From assembly GCA_017857875.1 (NCBI GenBank), contig JAFMCH010000004.1:1-63067 (forward strand): 63,067 nt of DNA. Reading direction: 5' to 3'. Below are positions 41,760 to 50,955 of the stretch, one piece after another. Every line of letters begins with the position of its first letter. Positions within the stretch are counted from its first letter, which is position 1. The notes below the pieces were generated by a model. The model was given only the letters and a program-made list of their open reading frames with translations. It was not told where the DNA came from and made no database searches. The position numbers and the translations under genes were made by a program. Source of the stretch: Actinomycetota bacterium. Lineage in GTDB: Bacteria; Actinomycetota; Actinomycetes; S36-B12.

Positions 41760-43550
41760 CTATCCGACCTGCGCCGGTTCGACGGGTCCAGGTGCATTCT
41801 CATTGGCGGTGGACTCGGCGTCGCGCCGCCATGCCGCAGCCGTCGTCTGGGGTCCCGTGATTGGGGCAACCTGGCGCGCCTGCAGCGCGTAGGTCATGAT
41901 GTCGCGGAATACGGGACCAGCCAATTCGCCACCGAATTGCTGCACCGCAGGACGCACAAACGTGACGCCGATAACCAATTCGGGATCTTCAATCGGCGCG
42001 ATGCCGATAAACGAACTCACGGTTTCGCCATCGTAGCAACCACACTCAGGGTTGATCGCCTGTGCTGTACCGGTCTTTCCACCAACGCGGTAACCGGGGA
42101 TTCCGGCCATGGGCGCTGTACCACCGTCGACGACCACCTGTTCTAGCATCTCGCGGACCTCGCGAGCAGTTTCAGTAGAAACGACCCGCGTCCCCGGTGG
42201 AATCACGGTCGGGATGGGTTGACCTGCACTATCGGTGACTGAAGCCACGAGACGAGCAGGCAAGCGAACCCCGTCATTGGCCAAGGTTGCGAAGAAACTC
42301 GTTGCCTGGACAGCATTTACCGACAGGCCTTGTCCGAAGGTGAGCGTCGGAAACGTTGTTCCCGACCAATCCTCGCGTGCGGGTAGGAAGCCTGCCGTCT
42401 CACCCGGAAAGCCCAGGCCCGTCGGTTGCCCAACGCCAAAGCGTTGCAGGTAATCAAGCACAGCGTCTTCGCCCACCGTTTCGGCAGCCAAGATGGTGCC
42501 GATATTGCTCGACCGACTCAATACCGTTGCAAGATCCCAGTTGTAGCCATCGTGATCACTGGCATCGTGAAAAACCTTCCCGGCCCGGGTCAGTGTTGGC
42601 GGAATCTCGAACATAGTCTCCGGCCGCGCGCCACCCTCTTCCAAGACGCTGGCGATGGTGATTATCTTGCTCGTTGAGCCTGGCTCGAAGGCATCGGTGA
42701 GGGCACGGTTGCCCAAATCCGCTGCATCGGCATCGCCCGGTTCGTTAGGATCAAAAGTCGGCGCCGACGCCATCGCCAAGATGTTCCCCGTGCGCGGATC
42801 CATCACCACGATCGAACCGGATTCAGACCCCGACTCTTCAACCGCCGCAGCGATAATGCGCTGGGCGACGTATTGGATATCCCGATCAATGGTGAGCGCA
42901 ATCGTGGCGCCTGGTATCGGCTCTTCTCCCGATGTCTCTGCGGTGGGAATCGCCGGACCAGCGGCTCCACGTTCGTAGGTGATCCAACCGTCCACGCCGG
43001 CGAGCGTGTCGTTCAGCGCGTATTCGATCCCGGCGAGACCATCTCCCTCGGCGCCGACGAATCCCAAAACGTTGGCCCCCACATCGCCGGCGGGATAAAC
43101 CCTCTTCGTGGTTCGTTCGGAAAAGACACCACTGAGCCCAAGCTCATCAATGCTGCGCCAGGTCTCGGGCGACAAATTTTTCGCAACGTAGACGAATCGT
43201 CGATCGCCCTCGAGCCGCTCTGCAATATCGGACACCTGCATGCCGACGAATGGCGCTAGGGCGACAGCCGTGTCGTAGGGATCGGCGATAAGGGTTTGAT
43301 CGACAGTGATGTGACGTGCCTCAATGGTGGTGGCAAGCGGTACACCATTGGCGTCGGTAATCGAGCCCCGATCCGCCAACACCGTGACCGTTCGGGTTCG
43401 TTGGTCAACAGCCTCGGCAGCCAGCGCATCCCCGCGAAAGGCCTGCAGTTCTAGCAGGCGGCCTCCGAAGATGGTGAGGATGAACAGCGAAAACACCAGC
43501 AGCACAGCGGCTCGACGACGGGAATTACCTAGCCGCAACGTAGGCGTCAT
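41760..43550 (-). CDS. ftsI: Class B penicillin-binding protein FtsI
   Basis: RGSITD, GLAGIE, EPGSTSK (SxxK), SSN, KTGTAQ. Confidence 0.95.
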   Translation of the reverse strand: MTPTLRLGNSRRRAAVLLVFSLFILTIFGGRLLELQAFRGDALAAEAVDQRTRTVTVLADRGSITDANGVPLATTIEARHITVDQTLIADPYDTAVALAPFVGMQVSDIAERLEGDRRFVYVAKNLSPETWRSIDELGLSGVFSERTTKRVYPAGDVGANVLGFVGAEGDGLAGIEYALNDTLAGVDGWITYERGAAGPAIPTAETSGEEPIPGATIALTIDRDIQYVAQRIIAAAVEESGSESGSIVVMDPRTGNILAMASAPTFDPNEPGDADAADLGNRALTDAFEPGSTSKIITIASVLEEGGARPETMFEIPPTLTRAGKVFHDASDHDGYNWDLATVLSRSSNIGTILAAETVGEDAVLDYLQRFGVGQPTGLGFPGETAGFLPAREDWSGTTFPTLTFGQGLSVNAVQATSFFATLANDGVRLPARLVASVTDSAGQPIPTVIPPGTRVVSTETAREVREMLEQVVVDGGTAPMAGIPGYRVGGKTGTAQAINPECGCYDGETVSSFIGIAPIEDPELVIGVTFVRPAVQQFGGELAGPVFRDIMTYALQARQVAPITGPQTTAAAWRRDAESTANENAPGPVEPAQVG

Positions 43551-44158
43551 GGTTGCACATCTGGAGCCGGGTCGGCGGGGACGTTATCAGCAGTCGGAGC
43601 CTCAACAGCGAGATCATCAGTAACTAGCTCGTCAGTAACTAGCTCGTCAGTAACTAGCTCGTCAGCAACTAGCTCCTCAATAACGGGTTCCTCAGCAATC
43701 GGAGCAGGTTGAGGCACTGGGTTTCCTAAGATCGCACCATCGGTCAAGCGCAAAAAGACCGGCACATCCTGGGGCACCATGCCCAACTCGCGCGCGGCCA
43801 CTTCCACCTGGGCAGGTGCTTCGGCCAGTGCTACCTGGGCGCGAAGGGCTTGTTCTTGCTCGAGCAGTTGCGCTCGCTGCTGCTGCAAACTCGTCAACGT
43901 GAATGCCCCTTGAGCCAATGCCGTGTTGACCAGCAGCATTCCTAGCAGCCCCAACGTAAGTACGGCAAGGATGAGCACGGCAAAGTACTTCGATCGCGTC
44001 GGCAGAACACGTCGACGTGGACTAGTCCTGGGCTGCGACTTCAAGGGCGGTGCCACCACCACCGACATATGGGAACCCTGAGCGCGACGACGTCTGGTGG
44101 GCGCACGACGAGGGGATGCTTCGCGAGCGATGATGATCGTTTCGGCGGGTGTGCTCAT
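43547..44158 (-). CDS. ftsL: Cell division protein FtsL with acidic repeat tail
   Basis: Basic N-terminus, TM segment, coiled coil, ARELGMVP; between rsmH and ftsI. Confidence 0.85.
   Translation of the reverse strand: MSTPAETIIIAREASPRRAPTRRRRAQGSHMSVVVAPPLKSQPRTSPRRRVLPTRSKYFAVLILAVLTLGLLGMLLVNTALAQGAFTLTSLQQQRAQLLEQEQALRAQVALAEAPAQVEVAARELGMVPQDVPVFLRLTDGAILGNPVPQPAPIAEEPVIEELVADELVTDELVTDELVTDDLAVEAPTADNVPADPAPDVQP
43617..43676. repeat. 15-bp in-frame tandem repeat in ftsL (DELVT)
   Basis: tcagtaactagctcg three times exactly (43617-43661) plus a degenerate fourth copy. Confidence 0.92.
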
Positions 44159-45123
44159 GCTGCAATCCGCTCAACTGCGCGTACGCGCACGCTCGCAGCC
44201 CGACGATTGACGGCCACCTCATCGGCATCGGCCGTGATGGATCCTCGGACGAGATCTTTCAGCCAGGGCTGGAGGTAGTCCGGCACGATCGGAAGGCCTA
44301 CCGGCACGTCCGGATGCAGACCCGGTTGCAGTGCCTGCTTCACGATGCGGTCTTCGAGAGACTGATAGCTCATGACCACAAGGCGACCCCCGACCGCCAA
44401 TACCTCCAGTGCCGCGGGAATCGCGCGTTTGAGAACTCCTAACTCGTCATTGACTTCAATGCGCAACGCCTGGAACGTGCGCTTTGCCGGATTACCGCCG
44501 GTACGCCGGGCTGGGGCGGGTATCGCATCACGGACAAGTTCGACCAGCCGCCCACTGCGACTCCACGGAGCCTCCTCGCGCTGCTTGACGATCATTTGCG
44601 CGATGCGCCGGGCGTATCGCTCTTCGCCATACTCGCGCAGAACTCGGGTGAGTTGCGCCACCGAATAGCCGTTGAGAATGTCGGCGGCTGTGACCGAACC
44701 GGCGGGATTCATGCGCATATCTAGCGGCGCGTCCTGACTGTAGGAAAAACCTCGGTCGGTTCGATCCAACTGCATCGATGACACACCCAGGTCGAACAAG
44801 ATGCCTTGAACGTCACTGATGCCCAGGTCGGCGAGCACCTGTGGCATCTCGTCGTAGACCGCATGAACAAGCGTGACCCGTTCGCGCCAGGCTGAAAGTG
44901 TTGCGCGTGCCCGTTCTATCGCCTCGGTGTCGCGATCAATACCAACGAGGTGGCACTCAGGCGCGGCGCGAAGCACGGCGGCAGCATGCCCCCCCAAACC
45001 GAGGGTTGCGTCAACGATGACCGCCCCCGGATGCATGAGCGCAGGAGCCAGGAGGCCGACGACCCGGTCGAGTAGGACCGGAACGTGACCGAGCCCTTCG
45101 CTATCGGACGGATGGTCGGTCAT
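44155..45123 (-). CDS. rsmH: 16S rRNA m4C1402 methyltransferase
   Basis: HVPVLL, DATLGLGGH, DLGVSSMQLD, RTFQALRIEVNDEL, SYQSLEDRIVK. Confidence 0.97.
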   Translation of the reverse strand: MTDHPSDSEGLGHVPVLLDRVVGLLAPALMHPGAVIVDATLGLGGHAAAVLRAAPECHLVGIDRDTEAIERARATLSAWRERVTLVHAVYDEMPQVLADLGISDVQGILFDLGVSSMQLDRTDRGFSYSQDAPLDMRMNPAGSVTAADILNGYSVAQLTRVLREYGEERYARRIAQMIVKQREEAPWSRSGRLVELVRDAIPAPARRTGGNPAKRTFQALRIEVNDELGVLKRAIPAALEVLAVGGRLVVMSYQSLEDRIVKQALQPGLHPDVPVGLPIVPDYLQPWLKDLVRGSITADADEVAVNRRAASVRVRAVERIAA

Positions 45124-45128
45124 CGGCG

Positions 45129-45293
45129 TTATCCCCAGTGCCCTGCGATACCGGATGCGACGGCGATCACCACCGCGGTAACCACCCCTGCACCAACCGC
45201 TAGCGCGGTGCGCTGCGCACGAGGGGCGATCTGCCGCGATGAAACCTCGCGGGTGACCACATGCGCGCCGGGTGATTCGGTGATCGATGCCAC
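45129..45293 (-). CDS. Putative 54-aa single-pass membrane protein (not in ORF track)
   Basis: GTG 45293 to TAA 45129: MASITESPGAHVVTREVSSRQIAPRAQRTALAVGAGVVTAVVIAVASGIAGHWG; AAGGAAGG SD at 45304-45311; stop 5 nt before rsmH ATG. Confidence 0.65.
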   Translation of the reverse strand: MASITESPGAHVVTREVSSRQIAPRAQRTALAVGAGVVTAVVIAVASGIAGHWG

Positions 45294-45364
45294 GGTGGTG
45301 GAGCCTTCCTTGACGTATGTACCTGCACGGAACTTGACGGAACTGAACCTGGGTGTCTCAAAGC

Positions 45365-45445
45365 GGTCAGATCAGGTCCCCTCCCGCGCGTGGATCCCTC
45401 TCATGCGGCCTGGTATCGGGGAAGTGACACCAGGAGCACGCGCAC
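45365..45445 (-). ncRNA. mraW RNA motif (actinobacterial cis-regulatory RNA upstream of mraW/rsmH)
   Basis: Hairpin CCUGGUGUC-ACUUCCCC-GAUACCAGG (45409-45434) with the characteristic CUUCCCC loop; downstream GGGAGGGGACCUGA; boundaries approximate, no covariance search run. Confidence 0.78.
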
Positions 45446-45469
45446 GCGGGTGGAGACCTCATCTGAGCG

Positions 45470-45901
45470 CTAAAGAACGCCGGGAATTACCTCCTCCCGC
45501 AGATCGCTAAATCCTTCTTCCTGACCGGCGACATAGTCGGTCCATGCCGTCGAATCCCATATTTCGCAAGTATTTCCGTTACCTACGACGACGACCTCAC
45601 GATCCAAGGCCGCGTAGTCACGCAGGGCCTGGGGAACGCTGATGCGCCCTTGCCGGTCGGGCACCTCATCAGAGGCACCCGAAAACAACAACCGCAGATA
45701 GGCGCGCACGCGTGCATCCGAACGCGACGCTTCATTGAGGCGCTCGGCGTAAGACGCGAACTCCGCGGCGGGCCACACCACCACCGAGCGATCCTGGCCC
45801 TTGGTCAGGACGACCCCACCGGCCAATCCCTCGCGGAATTTCGCCGGCAGTACCAGCCGACCCTTGTCATCAAGTCGCGGAGCGTGCGTGCCCAAAAACA
45901 T
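45470..45901 (-). CDS. mraZ: Transcriptional regulator MraZ
   Basis: MFLGTHAPRLDDKGRLVLPAKFR, DRQGRISVPQALRDYAAL, EIWD. Confidence 0.97.
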   Translation of the reverse strand: MFLGTHAPRLDDKGRLVLPAKFREGLAGGVVLTKGQDRSVVVWPAAEFASYAERLNEASRSDARVRAYLRLLFSGASDEVPDRQGRISVPQALRDYAALDREVVVVGNGNTCEIWDSTAWTDYVAGQEEGFSDLREEVIPGVL

Positions 45902-45980
45902 TGCCCCGCTCCCTTCGCCTTGACACCACACGGATCACCCCTGGGCAACCACGAGCTGAGGAGGGATTTCCCCAGTTGCG

Positions 45981-46014
45981 CCACTTTAGCCCATTTTCCT
46001 CCACAATCAACCAC
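45981..46014 (-). promoter_or_regulatory. MraZ-binding direct repeats
   Basis: GTGG/GTGG/ATGG/GTGG at exact 10-bp spacing (plus strand ccac/ccat at 45981, 45991, 46001, 46011), upstream of mraZ. Confidence 0.75.
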
Positions 46015-46156
46015 TCAGGCCCAATATTTGGTCAGCATGCCCCAAAGAACGGCGCCTATTGGGACTCACTCACTCCCCGGAGTCCGGTTGAGCGTCGTTC
46101 TTGCGTTGGGAAAGCTGACCGATCTGGAGGTCAGAGCAAAGGGCCTGCGGTCTGGA

Positions 46157-47008
46157 CTATCGAGGTGGGCGCAGCCCGGATTTCCGCTCCATCAATGCAC
46201 CGATCAGCCGAGTTGCTCCCACCGGAGCAATACGCGCCAGGAAGTCACCGACATATGCCTCTGGTCCGATCAAGATGCGAGCCTTGCGTCGCTTGATTCC
46301 TCGAACAATGATTCGTGCGGCATCAGCGGGCTTCATCACGAGGAGCTTGTCGAAGATCTCCTGGCCCAGTGCCCAATCGGCCTCATTGACCGCTTGCCCC
46401 CGCCGGGCGTTGCGAGCGATCCCGGTCCGCACGCCACCTGGGTGTACCGAGGTGACGGAGATACCCCGGGGCCGCAACTCCTCGCGCAGCGCGAGACTGA
46501 ACCCACGAACGCCGAATTTGCTTGCTGAATATGCGACATTGCCTACCGGCGCGATAATTCCAAACAGTGACGAGATGTTGACAATGCGTGCGCCAGTCTG
46601 CAAATGGGGCAGAGATGCTGAAGTGACCGCCATCGTTGCGCGCAGATTGACACTCAGTAGCCAATCAACATCAGCCATCGACACCTGTTCGTACAAACCA
46701 CCAAGGGCGACCCCTGCATTGTTGATCACCAGCGTAATTCGACCGTGGCCCGAGAGCGTTTGGCTCACCAATTCTTCAGCCGCGGTTGGCTGGGATAGGT
46801 CCATGGCATGCTCAGTGATGCTGACGTTGGGAAATCTGTCACGCAGCGTTGCCACGATTGCGGTCAGGGCCGCCTGATCAACATCGACAAGCGCGAGGTC
46901 ACTGCCCTCAACTGCTAGGGCATGGGCTAACGCAGCTCCGATACCACCGGCCGCGCCCGTAATCACCGCAACCCCGCCATCAAGGTTCACCGCGCTAGCT
47001 GTCGACAT
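46157..47008 (-). CDS. Short-chain dehydrogenase/reductase
   Basis: VITGAAGGIG, NNAG, NISS, YSASK, VHPGGVRT. Confidence 0.93.
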   Translation of the reverse strand: MSTASAVNLDGGVAVITGAAGGIGAALAHALAVEGSDLALVDVDQAALTAIVATLRDRFPNVSITEHAMDLSQPTAAEELVSQTLSGHGRITLVINNAGVALGGLYEQVSMADVDWLLSVNLRATMAVTSASLPHLQTGARIVNISSLFGIIAPVGNVAYSASKFGVRGFSLALREELRPRGISVTSVHPGGVRTGIARNARRGQAVNEADWALGQEIFDKLLVMKPADAARIIVRGIKRRKARILIGPEAYVGDFLARIAPVGATRLIGALMERKSGLRPPR

Positions 47009-48464
47009 ACGACATATCCTGCCGTGCGCGAACGTGATAGGACGTTGAATCGAAGGTCTTCATCATCTCAGCGAAGGCTCGCGTTGAACCAGGCCACAAA
47101 GCAACATTGCGCCCGTGATCATCTTGGTACCACGAGTGACATCCACCCGTTTGCCACACGCTGCCCGACAGGGATCGATCAATGCGTTGCACGTAGTCAC
47201 GTTGAACCTGCTGATCCACGTCGTAAATGGCACCGGAGACGATTGCTGAAATGATGTAGTCGATTTGAGCCTCAGACATCAACACAACCGAGGAGTGACC
47301 GAGGCCGGTATTCGGCCCCTGCAATATGAACAGATTAGGAAAGCCCGATACGGCGGTCCCCCGATAGGCGGCCATTTCCGTGGCCGCCAACACCTCGGTC
47401 AAAGTGTCACCATTGATGCCACGCACCACGCTGGCGATAGGTGGATCAAGCACTTTGAATCCCGTGGCCCAGATAACGACGTCGACGATGTAATCAACAC
47501 CGTCAGCGTCCGTGACACCGGTCGCATTCATTCGGCTAAGCCCAGCGGCCAGCGTCACGTTGTCACGGCCGAGTGCCGGGTAGTAGTCATCGCTCAACAG
47601 AATTCGCTTGCAGCCCATGTCATATGTAGGGGTAACTCGCCTGCGTAACTTTTCATCAGGCACCTGTGCGCGTAAATGGCGTCTGGCGATCCTCTCGCCG
47701 GTGGCTCGCCAAAACCCCTGCTTGGTGAAAGACAACACCTGCAGGTCGCGGCTTCGCATCGTGATGCTGCGGGCGCACTGTTGAACGAGCGGAACCGATG
47801 CAAGAAGTCTTTTGTACCAATGCGGGACAGCCCTGTCGCGTCTGGGCAGAATCCACGGTGGCGTGCGCTGGAGCAACACCAATTGATCAACCACCGGAGC
47901 AATAGCGGGGACGACTTGAATCGACGAGGCTCCCGTGCCCACGACGGCAACGCGCTTACCGTCGAGGTCAAAATCATGATCCCACCGGGCCGTGTGCATG
48001 ACGGCTCCGGTGAAGTCAGCCATACCCGGAACCAGCGGCGTGAGAGGCTCAGTCAGCCCGCCGCAGGCACTGATGAGGTAGTCCGCAGTGAACGTGCCAA
48101 CGCTCGTGCTGATATTCCACACCAGTGCGGAGTCATCCCAAATCGCACTGGTCAGTTCAGTGTTTACCTGAATAGAAGAAGCTAGCCCGAACATCTCAAC
48201 GACGCGGTCCAGATAATCGCGGATCTCACGCTGCCCGGCAAATTTACGCGACCACTCAGGCCACGGGGCCACCTGCAGTTCATAGAGCCGGCTTTGCACA
48301 TCGCACGCACATCCAGGATACGTATTCGCCTGCCAGGCACCACCCACACAACCGGCACGCTCGAGGATGACCAGATCGGTCACGCCAGCCCGGCGCAGGT
48401 TGATGGCCGCCGAGATGCCCGAAAAACCGGCGCCAACGATGCACACGCGCACATGATCTGACAC
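46995..48464 (-). CDS. Flavin-containing monooxygenase (Baeyer-Villiger type)
   Basis: GAGFSG, YPGCACDV, FTGAVMHTARWD (FxGxxxHxxxW), GTGASS, ATGF. Confidence 0.92.
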   Translation of the reverse strand: MSDHVRVCIVGAGFSGISAAINLRRAGVTDLVILERAGCVGGAWQANTYPGCACDVQSRLYELQVAPWPEWSRKFAGQREIRDYLDRVVEMFGLASSIQVNTELTSAIWDDSALVWNISTSVGTFTADYLISACGGLTEPLTPLVPGMADFTGAVMHTARWDHDFDLDGKRVAVVGTGASSIQVVPAIAPVVDQLVLLQRTPPWILPRRDRAVPHWYKRLLASVPLVQQCARSITMRSRDLQVLSFTKQGFWRATGERIARRHLRAQVPDEKLRRRVTPTYDMGCKRILLSDDYYPALGRDNVTLAAGLSRMNATGVTDADGVDYIVDVVIWATGFKVLDPPIASVVRGINGDTLTEVLAATEMAAYRGTAVSGFPNLFILQGPNTGLGHSSVVLMSEAQIDYIISAIVSGAIYDVDQQVQRDYVQRIDRSLSGSVWQTGGCHSWYQDDHGRNVALWPGSTRAFAEMMKTFDSTSYHVRARQDMSYVDS

Positions 48465-48532
48465 GTCGTGACCTTAACGCCATCACCGCGTGAAAAGAAG
48501 CGCGTGCAAGGAAGGGAAACGAGGACACTTGC

Positions 48533-48569
48533 AACCTACGGTACCGTAGGTTACGCTTGCGTAGGTTAC
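48533..48569. promoter_or_regulatory. Perfect 20-bp palindromic operator plus extra half-site
   Basis: AACCTACGGTACCGTAGGTT (48533-48552); CGTAGGTTAC at 48545-48554 and again at 48560-48569; between divergent genes. Confidence 0.72.
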
Positions 48570-48588
48570 TGATGAGTAGAAAGCAGGT

Positions 48589-49515
48589 ATGTCCATGATT
48601 CCCACAAAGGCCACACTCGATGGATTCTCAATGGCTTATCAGGATTTACCTGGCGACGGCACCCCTTGGTTGTTCGTGCACGGGGTCGGCTCCAGCATGA
48701 CCACTTGGGGTGATCTCCCCCAGGCCCTCGCCGGTATCGGACGACGAGTTATTTCCGTTGACCTAATCGGCCACGGCTCATCCGAGGGCGGAAATGGCGA
48801 TTTCAGTTTGGGCGCGAATGCCTCGGCCCTACGGGATCTGCTCGATCTGCTCGAGATAGACCAGGTGCACCTCGTAGGCCACTCCTTCGGCGGTGGGGTG
48901 AGTCTCCAGTTCAGTTATCAATTTCCCGAGCGGGTCCGATCCTTGGTATTGATCTCCAGCGGTGGGCTGGGTCGCGATGTTCACGTGGGTCTCCGGGCCG
49001 CGAGCCTGCCCGGCTCCGAATGGTTCCTGCGAGCTGCCGTGAGCCCCCGCGTGGTCACCGCACTGGGCTGGTCAGCCACCGCGTTGTCCAAAGTCGGTCT
49101 ACGCCATCGAGGCATCAGCGCACGTACGTTGACGAAACTTGAGCAATTGCAGGATGAACAACGTCTCAACGGATTCGTGTGCACCGTGCGAAGTGTGGTC
49201 GGTCCGCAGGGACAACGCGTGCAGGCGCTGGACAAGCTTGGGCGCTTGCGCCCCGAAGACGTGTTGATCATCTGGGGTGATGCCGACAGCATGGTGCCGA
49301 TGGCCCACGGTGTCACGGCCCACGAACTGCTGCCCGGCAGTCACTTTGTCTGCGTTCCCGACGCCGGTCATCACCCGCACGATGATGCTCCCGACCGCGT
49401 GTACCTAGAACTCCTTGCACATCTTGGTCGAACGGAAAATGAAAGGGTCGCCCACCGAGAACCCCCGTCCCCCTACCTCGGTGAGCGACAACCACACGGT
49501 GACACACAGGTCTGA
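48589..49515 (+). CDS. Alpha/beta-fold hydrolase (esterase/lipase-like)
   Basis: VHGVG, DLIGHG, GHSFGG nucleophile elbow, IWGDAD, AGHHPH. Confidence 0.92.
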   Translation: MSMIPTKATLDGFSMAYQDLPGDGTPWLFVHGVGSSMTTWGDLPQALAGIGRRVISVDLIGHGSSEGGNGDFSLGANASALRDLLDLLEIDQVHLVGHSFGGGVSLQFSYQFPERVRSLVLISSGGLGRDVHVGLRAASLPGSEWFLRAAVSPRVVTALGWSATALSKVGLRHRGISARTLTKLEQLQDEQRLNGFVCTVRSVVGPQGQRVQALDKLGRLRPEDVLIIWGDADSMVPMAHGVTAHELLPGSHFVCVPDAGHHPHDDAPDRVYLELLAHLGRTENERVAHREPPSPYLGERQPHGDTQV

Positions 49516-49535
49516 CAACGTGAGATCGTTGGCCC

Positions 49536-50933
49536 GTGACCAACGCGCTTGCCCGACTACTTCTGCGTGGGCCAAGCGCCGATCCAGACGCCGTGGCTAT
49601 TTGCACACCCGATGGCACTGAATGGACCTACCGCCAATTGGTTGAACGGTCTGCACAACACGCACACGCATTGATGCAACAGGGTGTTGCACCCGGTGGG
49701 CGCGTGGCGGTGCAGTGTGAGAAATCAGCAGATCTGCTTGCGCTCCACCTTGGATGCATCCGGCTAGGCGCGGTATACGTGCCGCTCAATCCCGCGTACA
49801 CCGCCACCGAACTTCAGGTGATTCTCAACGACGCCACACCTGACCTGTTCATCAGCGATGGCCAGCATCACGGCGCACTCGCAGATATCTCGCCACGAGA
49901 GTTCACCGATATTGACCGATCGCCAGACGATATCGCCGCCATCTTGTACACCAGCGGCACCACAGGCACGCCCAAAGGTGTCGTCCTGAGCCAGGAGAAT
50001 CTTCGTTGGAGCACGCAGACTTTGCGCGACGCATGGGCTCTGACCAGCAGTGACACTGTGTTGCACATGCTTCCCCTTTTTCACACGCACGGACTCTTTG
50101 TTGCCGCCTATTGCGCTCTCGCAGCGGGCGCTTCAATTCAACTGCTCAACAGATTTGACACCCATCACGTCCTCGCGCAATTGCCGAATGTCACCGTGGT
50201 GATGGGTGTTCCAACTCACTATGTGCGCCTGTTGACACAACCGGAGTTGAGCCCAGATACCTGCCGCCACATCAGACTCTTCACGTGCGGATCCGCTCCT
50301 TTGCTCGCCACAACACACGAGGCCTTCTTTCGGCGTACCCATCACCGGATAGTGGAGCGGTATGGCATGACCGAAACATGCATTCTGACCTCAAATCCCA
50401 TTGACGGACCAATCAAGCCCGGCACTGTCGGTCAACCCCTACCCGGAGTCAACCTACGTGTCAGTCAAGGTGAGTCCGGTGAGATTGAGGTACAAGGCCC
50501 TAATGTGTTCAAGGGCTATTGGCAACGGCCAGATCTACATGAGGGAACTTTCACGACCGATGACTGGTTCAGGACCGGTGACCTGGGAGTCATCGATGAG
50601 GATGGCTACGTTGAGATCATCGGTCGAGCCAAAGACTTGATTATTTCCGGCGGACTAAATGTTTACCCCAAAGAAGTAGAAAGCGTGCTCAACAGCATCA
50701 TCGGTGTCGATGACTCGGCCGTCATCGGCCTACCCGATGCAGATCTGGGAGAAATGGTCACCGCGGTGGTCGTCTGCAGCGATCCAGAGCTGGGTACCGA
50801 AGACGTGAAGACTGCTGCACGACAGGCGCTCGCAGGCTACAAGACACCCCGGAGAATCCTCTTCGTAGACGAGTTGCCTCGCAACGCTCTGGGCAAGGTT
50901 CAAAAGCACCTTCTACGTGAACGATTCGGCTGA
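49536..50933 (+). CDS. Acyl-CoA synthetase, MatB/malonyl-CoA synthetase-like
   Basis: YTSGTTGTPKG, LPLFHTHGL, ERYGMTET, FRTGDLG, GRAKDLIISGG, LPRNALGKVQK. Confidence 0.88.
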   Translation: MTNALARLLLRGPSADPDAVAICTPDGTEWTYRQLVERSAQHAHALMQQGVAPGGRVAVQCEKSADLLALHLGCIRLGAVYVPLNPAYTATELQVILNDATPDLFISDGQHHGALADISPREFTDIDRSPDDIAAILYTSGTTGTPKGVVLSQENLRWSTQTLRDAWALTSSDTVLHMLPLFHTHGLFVAAYCALAAGASIQLLNRFDTHHVLAQLPNVTVVMGVPTHYVRLLTQPELSPDTCRHIRLFTCGSAPLLATTHEAFFRRTHHRIVERYGMTETCILTSNPIDGPIKPGTVGQPLPGVNLRVSQGESGEIEVQGPNVFKGYWQRPDLHEGTFTTDDWFRTGDLGVIDEDGYVEIIGRAKDLIISGGLNVYPKEVESVLNSIIGVDDSAVIGLPDADLGEMVTAVVVCSDPELGTEDVKTAARQALAGYKTPRRILFVDELPRNALGKVQKHLLRERFG

Positions 50934-50955
50934 ACTTTCCTGCTATCGTTCGCGC

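Noticed and set aside
45085-46528. Plus-strand ORFs of 141 and 292 aa across the mraZ region
   Set aside because: They run antisense over the small ORF, the mraW motif, mraZ, its operator and the SDR gene; low-information sequence.
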